Below are positions 16,913 through 27,165 of a DNA stretch of 64,000 nucleotides, in pieces. Source of the stretch: Eubacteriales bacterium (GTDB lineage: Bacteria > Bacillota > Clostridia > Lachnospirales > WRAX01). The stretch is taken from contig JAVBOO010000005.1 of NCBI GenBank assembly GCA_031550435.1, positions 34,405-98,404 of the forward strand. The letters are read 5' to 3'. The notes beneath the pieces are model-generated. The model searched no databases and was not told the origin of the DNA. It saw only the letters and a program-made list of their open reading frames with translations. A program made the translations under genes and the position numbers. Every line of letters starts with the position of its first letter. The first letter of the stretch is position 1.

Positions 16913-19423
16913 CTACTTCATTTGGAGATTTTCAATTTCAGACATCCAGCCATAGAATGTTGTAATATCCGGAGTAACCGTATCCATGTTGATACGCTCG
17001 CTACTGAAAATTACGCAGTTCTGTCTCTGGTAAACAGGTACTTCTACTCCCCAGTCAAGAACTATATCAAGGCAAGCCTTGTATGTTATTCTTCTGAATT
17101 CCTGGTCTTCGCTTGTTCTGGCCTCAAACATAAGTCTGTCAAGCTCAGCGTCAGCAATACGATAGTGGTTCGAACCCGAAGAGTTCGGTGATGCGCCTAC
17201 AGCGTTAAGGCTATAGTAAACCTGGTACATATCGGGATCAAGAGTAGCACCCCAAGCTGCACACCACATTTCCTGAGTTCCCGCGTCGATTCTGTCCCAA
17301 AGAACATTTGTGTCGGCGGGGTCGTTGATTATCAAGTTGATTCCGATTGATGCCAAAGCTTCTTTTGCTCTCGAAAGCAAAATGAAAGACGGGTGGTTTC
17401 CGTTTCCGTTAGCGGGGATAATTACTTCGTATTCAAGTTTTGCGCCTTCCGGAGCAGCGGTAAACTTGCCGGTAGCATCGTCAAACGTGTAGCCTGCTGC
17501 CTTTAAGTAACCGATTGCTGCCTGAAGAGCTGCTGCGTTCTTTTCTTCCGAAGACATGGTAGAAGTGTAGATTTCGTTTCCGTCAACATCAAGCGAGAAA
17601 GCTGTGCGGTAACCCTGGTCGGTAGGACGAGGAGCTGCCCAAGATGTATTGGAAATCGGATAGTTTATAACGGAAGCTCTTTCGCCGTAGTAGCTGCTTA
17701 CCGTAAGTTCTCTGTACGATGCGAATATGGTTGCAAATGCTTTTCTCAAATCTTTGCTTTCCTGTGAATCCGCTACGCCGCCTACGCTAACCGTAGATGC
17801 GCAGATACCTACGTAGCCGTATCCGAGGTTGTTAACGGTTGTTGTAACAATCTTATCTCCGCTGAGATCTCCGTTGGAGTTATAAGATTTTATTTCGTTA
17901 ATAGCAGGTGTCGAGAACGAAGGATCCGAAATGTCGATTGTGCCTGTGTAAACACCGGGGATCATGTCGGCATCGGCAGTCTCTTTGAACTGAACATACT
18001 TAGTTTTAGGCTCTCCGAGATAGTAATAAGGATTTGCTTCAAAGTATATAATCTTGTTCTCATACTTAATAAACACATAGGGGCCTGCACCCATCGGGCT
18101 TGCGAGAAGCGATTTTTGCTTTGAAAGATCTCCTCTGTCAAAACCGAACTTGTTGTTGTCATAATCATACTTGGAAACATCTCCGTAATAGTGAAGCGGA
18201 GATACGTCGATTCCGAGTCTGTAGATAGCTGCCGCGTCGTACTTGTTAAGCGTAACCGTCACAGTGAGGTTATCGACTTTTTTGATACCCTCAATGTTAG
18301 GAACGCCTTTGCCTGCCAATGAAGAGTCTTTGGAACCCCAAGCAATAATAAATGCCTCTCTGGGATCCGCAATTGTCGTTCCGTTCGCGGATTCTACAGA
18401 GAGAAACTCTACTATATCTCCTTCATAAGCCGCGTATGTCTCGTTGTAATAGTCTTCAGGTGTCGGGAAGTCTGTTCCCTGAAGAGTCCAGGTCTTGCCT
18501 GTAACCGCAGAGGTGAACACTCCGTCAGCCACTTTTGCAAATCCCCAGCCCATCATGGCTGCGGCAACCTTGAGACCTTCATTTGCTGCAATGTCTTCAA
18601 CTGTAACGTTCATCCTGGGAGCTACGGAAGCAAGGATTTCGCCGTCGCCTACAACATAGTCGATAATTCCTTGAATTTCTTCTTTCCAGAGCTGTTCGTT
18701 TTCCGCTGCCATCTCAAGATAGCCTGCCTGAGCTTCTTCGCTCCAAGGATCGGAGGAGCTCCAAACATGGTCCTTTCCTGCCGTGACAAGCTGGTCATAA
18801 TACTCGCCGTACTTCGTATATACTTCGGGGCTCGTCTGTGTCTTGTAGTCTCTGAGCCCGACGATGTTAAGCGCGTTGAGTGTGGAAGCGCCGCTGTAAT
18901 CGCTGTCGCAGTATGTGTACAGTGAGAAGATAACGTCGTCGGCTGTAACATCAACACCGTCGCTGAACTTCATCCCGGGGCGAAGCTTCCAGGTATATGT
19001 AGTCTTGTCGGCTGTTTTGTCATAGTCGATAGTGACATCTGTAGCGCCTTGATAAAGATAATCTGTTCCGTTGTAAGTATGTGTTTCGCCTTCGATGGCA
19101 TTGAAAATAATCGCGCCGGTACGGTCAGTGGTCAGTAAGCCAATCTGGGTCATTTTTGTCGCATCCATGTCATACGCCGTTTCACCGAAAAATGGGCTGA
19201 ATTTTTGGCTGAACTGAGCATATCCGACTACGAGAGGAGTAAGATTCGCCTGAACCTCGGGACTTGAACTCGGAGTCGTTTCGGAAGTATTGGTTTGCGT
19301 AGTTTCGGTTCCTGCCGGCGGCGTTGTAAAGTTGTCTTTGTTGCTGTTTCCGCATCCGCTCAAAGCGCCCGCAAGCATCATTGTTGCTAACGATAACGCA
19401 AGCATTTTCTTGTTGAATTTCAT
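16913..19423 (-). CDS. oppA: Family-5 extracellular solute-binding lipoprotein (OppA-like), unusually large (about 836 aa)
   Basis: Lipobox LSGCGNS, T/S/P-rich linker and SBP_bac_5-like core. AAGGAGG RBS before the ATG at 19423. Confidence 0.85.
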   Translation of the reverse strand: MKFNKKMLALSLATMMLAGALSGCGNSNKDNFTTPPAGTETTQTNTSETTPSSSPEVQANLTPLVVGYAQFSQKFSPFFGETAYDMDATKMTQIGLLTTDRTGAIIFNAIEGETHTYNGTDYLYQGATDVTIDYDKTADKTTYTWKLRPGMKFSDGVDVTADDVIFSLYTYCDSDYSGASTLNALNIVGLRDYKTQTSPEVYTKYGEYYDQLVTAGKDHVWSSSDPWSEEAQAGYLEMAAENEQLWKEEIQGIIDYVVGDGEILASVAPRMNVTVEDIAANEGLKVAAAMMGWGFAKVADGVFTSAVTGKTWTLQGTDFPTPEDYYNETYAAYEGDIVEFLSVESANGTTIADPREAFIIAWGSKDSSLAGKGVPNIEGIKKVDNLTVTVTLNKYDAAAIYRLGIDVSPLHYYGDVSKYDYDNNKFGFDRGDLSKQKSLLASPMGAGPYVFIKYENKIIYFEANPYYYLGEPKTKYVQFKETADADMIPGVYTGTIDISDPSFSTPAINEIKSYNSNGDLSGDKIVTTTVNNLGYGYVGICASTVSVGGVADSQESKDLRKAFATIFASYRELTVSSYYGERASVINYPISNTSWAAPRPTDQGYRTAFSLDVDGNEIYTSTMSSEEKNAAALQAAIGYLKAAGYTFDDATGKFTAAPEGAKLEYEVIIPANGNGNHPSFILLSRAKEALASIGINLIINDPADTNVLWDRIDAGTQEMWCAAWGATLDPDMYQVYYSLNAVGASPNSSGSNHYRIADAELDRLMFEARTSEDQEFRRITYKACLDIVLDWGVEVPVYQRQNCVIFSSERINMDTVTPDITTFYGWMSEIENLQMK

Positions 19424-19470
19424 AATGTGATTATCCTCCTTAATTTTTTCTGTCAAACAAAACCAATTTA

Positions 19471-19499
19471 ATATTACACCTTATTTTGCCAAGTGTCAA
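19471..19499 (-). promoter_or_regulatory. Candidate sigma-A promoter for the opp-like operon: TTGACA-N17-TAATAT
   Basis: Minus-strand hexamers at 19499-19494 and 19476-19471. Confidence 0.4.
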
Positions 19500-19556
19500 A
19501 TGAATTTTGTACCGCTATATTTTACGATGGTCAACCGCGAAAAATTACTTTAAGCC

Positions 19557-20156
19557 TTATTTAGTATTGCTAAATTCATCACGATATTTTCTGCTATAAT
19601 TCATGACAAAATATTGCAGAACAGCTATCGCTGCACAAAAAGTCACGAAAATCACAGGTATTTCTCTGATGCTTCCAGACATGATGCTATAAGAAAACGT
19701 TCCCACGACGCAAAATAATGCACACACTACAGTCAAAGTTGATGTGAATTTCAAACGCATTACAGTTCTTTCAAAAGCTTTTTCTTCATAGCTTGTTTTC
19801 CCGGATGCTATCGTCCAAACCGACAGAACAGTAAAAAACAAAGGAAGAAAAATAACGGAAAGAGGCAGAGAAATATAGAGAACTCTCGTCACCTCAGCGT
19901 TAGAAAAACCACAGAATACGTAGGCCGACACGGAAAGTAATGTCAAAAGAGCAAACCGGATTCTATAAGCACTATTCTCGTCCGGAGACAGCTTGAGTGA
20001 ATAAACTTTTCCCGTGTAAACATAACGGCTTTTTCCGGATTCATCGTTTTCCTGCTTATAATCATTCAGATAACTGCGACGATTTTTTTTAACTTTTTTC
20101 GGCTCTCCGGCATTTTTATTTTCCAAGTCTGCCGGTTCCTTCGTTACTTGACTCAT
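19557..20156 (-). CDS. Hypothetical 4-TM membrane protein with a charged N-terminus
   Basis: Long ORF with coding-like composition and four hydrophobic segments. No family recognised. Confidence 0.5.
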   Translation of the reverse strand: MSQVTKEPADLENKNAGEPKKVKKNRRSYLNDYKQENDESGKSRYVYTGKVYSLKLSPDENSAYRIRFALLTLLSVSAYVFCGFSNAEVTRVLYISLPLSVIFLPLFFTVLSVWTIASGKTSYEEKAFERTVMRLKFTSTLTVVCALFCVVGTFSYSIMSGSIREIPVIFVTFCAAIAVLQYFVMNYSRKYRDEFSNTK

Positions 20157-20206
20157 AATGCACCTCGTATGTAAATCTGTTAATGCCGTTCATTTTGCAG
20201 CAAAAA

Positions 20207-20671
20207 TCAGTCCTCGGGATACGCCAATGCGTAAACCCTGTCGTAAATATCGTATTTTTCAGCCAGGAGGCAAATTTCGGCATTTTGCCCATACTTGTAA
20301 TAGATATAATCTTTGTCCGGTGCCTTACTTACAATCCTGATTGTAAAAATGTCTCCGAAATACAACTTTATCGAAGGAAAGTCGGTTATTTTCGGCTTGA
20401 ATACTTGAAAATTCTTGTTGTTGTTTATAAGTGCCTTGCAAATCGTATAGACGTTTTCCTGCGGAACTTTAGTTTTTACGCCGTCCTTTTCCGCCGTAAC
20501 AGCATTGTTTATTCCTTCAGTAATGCCGAGCTGATACATGGTCAACTCTTTTTCGTACAAAAGACATATATTTCTGATGACAATCGGACCGACAGCAAGG
20601 GCAGAGCCAACTGCAATAAACAGCAGTGAAACCGCCAATATCAGCCACATTTTTTTGCTACTCTTCTTCAT
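20207..20671 (-). CDS. Hypothetical membrane-anchored or secreted protein (154 aa)
   Basis: N-terminal MKKSSKKMWLILAVSLLFIAVGSALA signal or anchor. No family recognised. Confidence 0.5.
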   Translation of the reverse strand: MKKSSKKMWLILAVSLLFIAVGSALAVGPIVIRNICLLYEKELTMYQLGITEGINNAVTAEKDGVKTKVPQENVYTICKALINNNKNFQVFKPKITDFPSIKLYFGDIFTIRIVSKAPDKDYIYYKYGQNAEICLLAEKYDIYDRVYALAYPED

Positions 20672-20847
20672 GATTCACTCTCTTTCGTTTTGAGTTTAGC
20701 ATTGAGAACACAAGTTGTCAAACAATCGGGTACAGTAACGGTACCAAATGCTTGCCTGAAATTGGTGTTATAACTTGTACTCAAGGCATACATATAATAT
20801 AATGTTAAGCGTGTAAAACGAGCAGCGGGATTACAGTCCATGGGGGG

Positions 20848-21720
20848 ATGACTTTGAAAAAAGCAGTTTTGAACTTCTTTAAGGGAATATTCGTCGGAAT
20901 CGCAAACATCATACCGGGGGTAAGCGGCGGAACAATTGCCGTCGTCTTGAATATTTTTGACGAACTGATTGAGTCAATTAATAATATATTTAAGAATTTC
21001 AAGAAATATTTCTTGTTTTTGCTCCCGATAATACTGGGCACGGTAGTCGGAATCGTAGGTTTCAGCTCTTTGCTGGAATACTGCCTGGATAAACACTCGT
21101 TTCCGACGAGTATGTTTTTTGTAGGTCTCGTTGTTGGAAGTTTGCCGTTGATACTGAAAAAAGCTTCGGCAAAGAAGTTTGATTATAAAAACATCGCACT
21201 TATATCCGTCGCCTTCACGGTCGTCGTCGCGGTTTTCCTTATCAAGGGCGGAGATACCGTGGAAACAACCCGTGCAATCAACCCGGGATACATGATTTGG
21301 CTGTTTATCTGCGGGACTGTGGCTTCGGCTGCAATGGTTATACCCGGTATAAGCGGGTCGTTCGTAATGGTAATGCTGGGCGTATACAGTACGGTCCTTA
21401 CCTCGGTATCGCAGCTCAAAAACTATCTTGTCAACCCGTCTGATACTGAACTGCTTTTTTCACTGCTGAAGGTTCTTCTTCCACTCGGGCTCGGGGTTAT
21501 CGCCGGAATAATCCTGATATCCAAGCTAATCGAGTTGTTGTTCAAAAAGTTTCGCACCGAGACTTATTATGTCATATTCGGTCTTATACTCGGCTCGATA
21601 TTCGGAATATTTAACGATCCCGTAACATATTCGAGCGGAATAAACGTGTCTGTTGCTGTTGCCTCTGTAATCTTTTTCGCTCTGGGAACAGTTCTCTCTC
21701 TGATTTTGGGTAAACGCTGA
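20848..21720 (+). CDS. DUF368 family membrane protein (family reported as the undecaprenyl-phosphate translocase PopT)
   Basis: Duplicated IPGVSGGT / IPGISGS motifs and about 8 TM segments. TTGTAC-N17-TATAAT promoter-like sequence at about 20777-20805. Confidence 0.8.
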   Translation: MTLKKAVLNFFKGIFVGIANIIPGVSGGTIAVVLNIFDELIESINNIFKNFKKYFLFLLPIILGTVVGIVGFSSLLEYCLDKHSFPTSMFFVGLVVGSLPLILKKASAKKFDYKNIALISVAFTVVVAVFLIKGGDTVETTRAINPGYMIWLFICGTVASAAMVIPGISGSFVMVMLGVYSTVLTSVSQLKNYLVNPSDTELLFSLLKVLLPLGLGVIAGIILISKLIELLFKKFRTETYYVIFGLILGSIFGIFNDPVTYSSGINVSVAVASVIFFALGTVLSLILGKR

Positions 21721-21748
21721 TTCTCGGTAAATCTTTGGCGCACTTGTT

Positions 21749-24034
21749 TTATTTTTCAAGTGCGCCGTTTATTTTTTTCAGCCTATGGCTGAGGGCTGAA
21801 AAACGCCGGATTTCACGGTTGTTGTCAATCATTTTCTTCAAAGCCTCTTCCGTACCAACCAGTACCACGAGTTTTTTAGCCCTTGTAACCGCCGTATACA
21901 ATATGTTTCTGTTCATAAGCATATACGGCCCGCTGTGTACCGGCATTATAACCGTGTTGTACTCGCTTCCTTGAGATTTGTGAACAGTCACGGCATACGA
22001 GAGCTCAAGTTCGTCCAACTGTGAGAAGTCGTATTCAACTTCACGCCCGTCGTCAAAAAGCACGGTAAGCTTTCCTTCTTCGTTGTCGATAGCTGTAATC
22101 ATGCCTTCGTCGCCGTTAAAAACTCCTTCACCCTCGTCAACGGTTACACCGCCTTTTGCAACCCTCCAACGAATATTGTAGTTGTTTTTAATATGCATGA
22201 CCTTGTCTTTTTCTCTAAAAAGCGTATCTCCCCGCTGTTTTTCGTTCTTCGCATTCGTCTGAGGGTTAACCGACTTCTGAAGCCTTTGGTTTAGGTTGAC
22301 TATGCCGAGCGTTCCTTTTCGCATCGGCGACAAAAGTTGGATATCCTTCTTGGAGTCGATATTATAATAGGAAGGCAGACGGTTTTTAACCAAATCAACA
22401 ATCGTGTCGGCAACATCATCGGCGTTAGCTCTTTTCACGAGGAAAAAATCTTTATCCTGTCCGTTGAGATGCGGAAACTCGCCTCGGTTTATCCTGTGCG
22501 CATTCACAGTTATCAGACTTTCCCTGCCTCGCCTGAATATTTCGTCCAGCTTGACCGTTTTTATGATTCCCGAAGAAATAATGTCTCTCAAAACATTGCC
22601 CGGTCCGACAGAGGGCAACTGATCGGCATCTCCGACAAATATCACCTTAGTGCTCGGTTCAACGGCTTTGAGCAGATTAAACGTAAGCAGCAAATCGAGC
22701 ATAGAGCTTTCGTCTATTATCAGTACGTCAGCTTCTATCGGGTTTTCTTCGTTCTTTTCAAATGACTGCCTTGTACCTTCGGTATTTTGAAACGCAACAC
22801 CCAAAAGCCTGTGAACCGTTTTTGCTTCAAACCCTGTCGTTTCCGTTATGCGTTTGGCTGCTCTGCCTGTCGGAGCGGCCAGCTCAGTCTTATACCCTCC
22901 TTTTTCAAGAAGTTTTAGTATCGTATTGATAATAGTCGTCTTTCCGGTGCCCGGTCCGCCGGTAATAACAAGCACACCCGACACAAGAGCATCATTAACG
23001 GCTTTTTTCTGTTGACTCGCAAGCGTAAAGCCGGTTTCGGCTTCGATTCCGCCGATTTCGGCAGAAATGTCGAACTTGAACTTATGCTCGTATCTCGAAA
23101 GCGTAATCAGCTTTTTCGCGACATAGCTCTCCGCATAATAATAGCCGTTTAAAAAAATCATTGTCTGCTCGTCGATTTTTTCGAGTGTTATCGATCTGTC
23201 CATCTGTAGAGCAATGAGACCGTTTTCGATGAGTTCCCTCCCCGCTTCGAGTATCTCTGCCGCGCTTTCGAGGAATATGTCTTTGGGCAAACAGGTGTGT
23301 CCGTTGTTCGACGCTTGAGTCAACACATGTTTTATGCCCGATAATATCCTTAAAGGGTCATCCTTCGAAAAACCGATTTTAAACGCTATAGTGTCGGCGG
23401 TCTTAAACCCGATACCCTCTATCCCGTCCGCCAAGACATAGGGGTTTGTTTTTATCGTATCGATTGTATCCGCCTTATACTTATCGTAGATTTTCATGGC
23501 ATAAGCCGGAGATATACCGTAGACCTGTAACGCCATTACCACAGCCCTCTTGCCGGACTGTTCCTTAAACGTCTCGCCTATGTAAAGCGCTTTTTCTAGA
23601 TTTATGCCTTTTATCTCGGCAAGTCTCTCAGGATATTCTTCTATAATATGAAGAGTTTCCTCTTTGAACACTCTTACTATTTTCGACGCAAGCTTTTCTC
23701 TGATGCCCCTGATTACTCCGCTCGCCAAATATTTCTCAATTTCGCGAAGAGAAGTCGGTTCTTTCCTGATATATTTTTTAACGCTGAACTGCTTGCCGTA
23801 CGAAGGGTGTACAACAAAACTACCGTAAAGTTCGACAATTTCTCCTTCGCTCGCATCGGCCATATATGCTACACAGGTGAACCCTTCGTCCTCGTCTTCG
23901 GAGTCTCTCGGCATAACCGAAAAAACAGTGTAGCCGTTATCCGGGTTGTTAAATATTATGCTCTCGATTGTACCCTCAAATGTAATCTCATCAGACAATA
24001 AAATTCTCCTATCGCTTTTTGATTTGATGCGCAT
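21749..24034 (-). CDS. recD2: ATP-dependent RecD2-like SF1B DNA helicase
   Basis: Walker A GGPGTGKTT, DESSMLD, VGDADQLPSVGPG, and C-terminal YAVTVHKSQGSE..TAVTRAK. Confidence 0.9.
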   Translation of the reverse strand: MRIKSKSDRRILLSDEITFEGTIESIIFNNPDNGYTVFSVMPRDSEDEDEGFTCVAYMADASEGEIVELYGSFVVHPSYGKQFSVKKYIRKEPTSLREIEKYLASGVIRGIREKLASKIVRVFKEETLHIIEEYPERLAEIKGINLEKALYIGETFKEQSGKRAVVMALQVYGISPAYAMKIYDKYKADTIDTIKTNPYVLADGIEGIGFKTADTIAFKIGFSKDDPLRILSGIKHVLTQASNNGHTCLPKDIFLESAAEILEAGRELIENGLIALQMDRSITLEKIDEQTMIFLNGYYYAESYVAKKLITLSRYEHKFKFDISAEIGGIEAETGFTLASQQKKAVNDALVSGVLVITGGPGTGKTTIINTILKLLEKGGYKTELAAPTGRAAKRITETTGFEAKTVHRLLGVAFQNTEGTRQSFEKNEENPIEADVLIIDESSMLDLLLTFNLLKAVEPSTKVIFVGDADQLPSVGPGNVLRDIISSGIIKTVKLDEIFRRGRESLITVNAHRINRGEFPHLNGQDKDFFLVKRANADDVADTIVDLVKNRLPSYYNIDSKKDIQLLSPMRKGTLGIVNLNQRLQKSVNPQTNAKNEKQRGDTLFREKDKVMHIKNNYNIRWRVAKGGVTVDEGEGVFNGDEGMITAIDNEEGKLTVLFDDGREVEYDFSQLDELELSYAVTVHKSQGSEYNTVIMPVHSGPYMLMNRNILYTAVTRAKKLVVLVGTEEALKKMIDNNREIRRFSALSHRLKKINGALEK

Positions 24035-24080
24035 ACACCCGCCGAATGTGAAATCCTATTGAGGCGATAATTAAACTTCG

Positions 24081-24602
24081 CTAGACTTGTTGCGCTTCCT
24101 CTTCGGTTTTGCTCTGCGCGTCTTCCCCTTTCTTCTTCGGAGGGAAAATCAACAGGTTTATAACTATCGCGATAACTGAGCCGATCAGCGTTTCGGTTAT
24201 ACGTTTTACACCGTATACTCCGGCGCTCTCCGCAGTATTCAGAAAAACAACTGCAAAATACACAATGCAACCCGGTATTATAGACTCGTTTTTCTTTATG
24301 CGATTTATCAGATAGATAACCGGAATTATACCGAATGCCAAAAAGACCGAATTGTCGGAAACAGGCCCGCTGAAAAGATATGCGATAGCTATACCGACAA
24401 CTCCGCCTACAAACGTTCCGAGGTTTCTTATAATAGCTGCCTGCACAGAGCTTGCAATCGTCCTTTCCATCGCGACGACCGCTCCGATACACGCAAAAAA
24501 CGGCGTGCCGTTCATCAAATATTTTACAACTGCGGCAGATATCGCTACAGCTAAAACAGACTTGAGCATTCTCAGCCCAAAAGGAAACTTAAACTGTTTC
24601 AT
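24081..24602 (-). CDS. Aromatic acid exporter (ArAE/FUSC-like) family membrane protein
   Basis: N-terminal FGLRMLKSVLAVAISAAV pattern and 4-5 TM segments. Confidence 0.55.
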   Translation of the reverse strand: MKQFKFPFGLRMLKSVLAVAISAAVVKYLMNGTPFFACIGAVVAMERTIASSVQAAIIRNLGTFVGGVVGIAIAYLFSGPVSDNSVFLAFGIIPVIYLINRIKKNESIIPGCIVYFAVVFLNTAESAGVYGVKRITETLIGSVIAIVINLLIFPPKKKGEDAQSKTEEEAQQV

Positions 24603-24635
24603 GCCTGATCCCCGTAAATATAGTATAATGTTTCT

Positions 24636-25481
24636 CTATTCGTACTTATAAAAACCCTGCTTTGTCTTTCTTCCCAGGTTTCCGCTTCTGACCATTTTTC
24701 TGAGCAGAACGTTTGCCCTGTACTTCGAATCACCGGTCTCTTTTAACAATACATCCATGATGCCGAGAACCACGTCTATTCCGATAAGATCTGCAAGCTC
24801 AAGCGGCCCCATAGGATGGTTGCAGCCTAGTTTCATCGCCTTGTCTATATCCTCGCAGGAAGCAACGCCTTCGGACAAAACGCAAACCGCTTCGTTAATC
24901 ATGGTTATAAGTATCTTGTTTACAACAAAGCCGGGAGCTTCGTTTACTTCAACAGGCTCTTTTCCTATAACCTTTGAAAGGCCGTAAACGGCATCAAAAG
25001 TTTCCTTTGAGGTTTTACTGCCCTTTATAACTTCAACGAGCTTCATTACGGTCGCAGGGTTGAAAAAATGCATTCCTATAAACCTGTCCGCCCTGTTTGT
25101 CGCTCCGGCAATCTCGGTAATCGATATTGACGAAGTATTCGAGGCAAAAACGGTTTCAGGCTTGCAAACCGCGTCAAGCTCTTTAAATAACGATTTTTTT
25201 GCCTCAGCGGACTCGTAAATGGCTTCGATTATGAGGTCGCAGTCCGAAACCGCGTTTATGTCAGTCGAAAAGCTCATGTTCGCCAGCGCAGAATTCTTGC
25301 AGGCCTCATCAATTTTTCCTTTTGCGGCCAGTTTTTCCAAGTCGGCATTGACCTTTGATTCAGCCTTTGCCAAAACAGCCTCAGAAACATCTCTGACGAC
25401 GACGCTAAACCCTTTTTGCGCAAATGTTTGGGCAATACCCAGACCCATAACTCCGGAACCGATTACAGCTATTTTTTTCAT
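24636..25481 (-). CDS. hbd: 3-hydroxybutyryl-CoA (3-hydroxyacyl-CoA) dehydrogenase
   Basis: MKKIAVIGSGVMGLGIAQ Rossmann motif, ..HFFNPATVMKLVE.., PGFVVNKIL. AGGGGTG RBS before the ATG at 25481. Confidence 0.85.
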   Translation of the reverse strand: MKKIAVIGSGVMGLGIAQTFAQKGFSVVVRDVSEAVLAKAESKVNADLEKLAAKGKIDEACKNSALANMSFSTDINAVSDCDLIIEAIYESAEAKKSLFKELDAVCKPETVFASNTSSISITEIAGATNRADRFIGMHFFNPATVMKLVEVIKGSKTSKETFDAVYGLSKVIGKEPVEVNEAPGFVVNKILITMINEAVCVLSEGVASCEDIDKAMKLGCNHPMGPLELADLIGIDVVLGIMDVLLKETGDSKYRANVLLRKMVRSGNLGRKTKQGFYKYE

Positions 25482-25621
25482 AAGAGCACCCCTTTTATAA
25501 TACTTCTCAGCACGATCCCCGCACACCAGCCTTAGAATCAATCTGCTGTTTCCGTATACAGAATTCTACCGGGAAACAGGACGATTATCAAGAAGCATGT
25601 GTAAAAAACAACGTCATAACC

Positions 25622-25664
25622 GAAAAAATAAACAGGCATTATGCTTTTTATAGCGTAATGCCTG
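25622..25664 (-). terminator. Rho-independent terminator after the aminotransferase gene
   Basis: caggcattacgc..gcataatgcctg stem followed on the minus strand by TTTATTTTTTC. Confidence 0.55.
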
Positions 25665-25676
25665 CCTATCTTTTAA

Positions 25677-26882
25677 TTATCTGCCAAAATTCTTCACAAT
25701 AAATGTTTCTATTCTGTCCATTCCTTTTTCGATTTCGTTCATAGACGTTGCATATGAGAGACGAATATAATTATCCGCTCCGAAATCGGCACAGGGTATT
25801 ACCGAAACCTTTGCTTCTTCAAGCATTAGCGCTGCAAGATCTCCGGCATTGTTTACGGGCTTGCCGTTAACCGTCTTGCCGCATAAAGCGGAAATATCGA
25901 TAAACAGGTAGAACGCTCCGAGAGGTTTTCTCATGCGTATATGGGGAATTTTTACCGCTCTGTCATAAATATAGTCTCTGCGTTTTTTGTATTCAACGTT
26001 CATCGCGTCAACGCAGGATCTGTCATGCGTGTAAGCCGCGACAGCAGCTTTTTGCGTAATTGAATTTGTATTGGAAGCCTGATGGCTCTGAATATTCGTC
26101 ATAACACCGGCAATCTCTAAGTTGGAAGCCGAAAATCCCAAACGCCATCCGGGCATAGCATGACTCTTCGAAAGACCGTTTATAACAATCGTTCTGTCAT
26201 AAATCTCCTTGCCAAAACTTGCAATGCTATGGTGCTTTACGCCTTCATCATATATAAGGCATTCATATATTTCGTCTGACACAACATATAAGTCATTCTT
26301 AACCGCAAAGTTCGCGATATCTCTCAGCTCGGACTCGCTGTATACCGAACCCGTCGGGTTATTCGGAGTGTTAATGAGTAATGCCTTTGTCTTGGGCGTG
26401 AGAGCTTTTTCCAATTGAGACACTGTGATTTTAAAATCATTGTCAAAATCCGTATCAACGATAACGGCAACGCCGCCGGCTATCTCGATAAGCTGTTTAT
26501 AACTCAGCCAATACGGAGCGGGAATTATAACCTCGTCGCCTTCTTCAAGCAACGCCATAAATGTATTTGAAAGAGAATGCTTTGCACCGTTTGAAACAAC
26601 AATCTGCTTAAAATCATATTCAAGGCCGTTGTCGTTTTTAAGTTTTTGGGCTATAGCCTTTCTGAGTTCTTCAATACCGGCAGCCGGTGTATACTTCGTA
26701 AATCCGCCTTTCATTGCCGAAACAGCGGCATCGATAATAAAATCAGGCGTATTAAAATCGGGTTCGCCTGCTCCGAAGCTCACAAGGTCGATACCTTGCG
26801 CCTTCATCTGCTTTGCCTTCGCGGTTATACTCAATGTTGAAGATTCTCTAACTCTTTTAGCCTTTTCAGAAATCGGTTTCAT
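25677..26882 (-). CDS. Class I/II PLP-dependent aminotransferase (aspartate aminotransferase-like)
   Basis: GEPDFNTP, VSNGAKHS, NNPTG and GLSKSHAMPGWRLG (PLP-Lys) motifs. Confidence 0.9.
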   Translation of the reverse strand: MKPISEKAKRVRESSTLSITAKAKQMKAQGIDLVSFGAGEPDFNTPDFIIDAAVSAMKGGFTKYTPAAGIEELRKAIAQKLKNDNGLEYDFKQIVVSNGAKHSLSNTFMALLEEGDEVIIPAPYWLSYKQLIEIAGGVAVIVDTDFDNDFKITVSQLEKALTPKTKALLINTPNNPTGSVYSESELRDIANFAVKNDLYVVSDEIYECLIYDEGVKHHSIASFGKEIYDRTIVINGLSKSHAMPGWRLGFSASNLEIAGVMTNIQSHQASNTNSITQKAAVAAYTHDRSCVDAMNVEYKKRRDYIYDRAVKIPHIRMRKPLGAFYLFIDISALCGKTVNGKPVNNAGDLAALMLEEAKVSVIPCADFGADNYIRLSYATSMNEIEKGMDRIETFIVKNFGR

Positions 26883-27165
26883 TCTAACCTCCGCTTTTGT
26901 TTTTGTTGCACTTGAATAAGACTATTCTACATATTTAGCTGCAAAAAGACAAGCAAAACCGCCGATTATCGTTTTTTTCTATCGAATCGAATAATGGTAT
27001 AAACTATAGTTATCCTAAATCGGCATTTGGGTCTTTGGCAAGAAGAAAAAACTTTTCCTGTTTTTGGTATTGATTTTGCGTTTGGCGTTATGTTAATATA
27101 TAAGTAATATTTATGATACTCCTCATTCTTGTCAAAAAAGTTGATAAGAAATTTTTCGAAAGAAC

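Noticed and set aside
23956-24492. 178-aa minus-strand ORF rich in Arg, Cys and Tyr
   Set aside because: It is out of frame with, and overlaps, the better-supported ArAE-like membrane protein and the recD2 5' end. Its composition is typical of an off-frame translation.
24636-25481. hbd as part of a butyrate (bcs) operon
   Set aside because: No thiolase, crotonase, bcd or etfAB genes are adjacent, so only a stand-alone 3-hydroxyacyl-CoA dehydrogenase can be claimed from this window.
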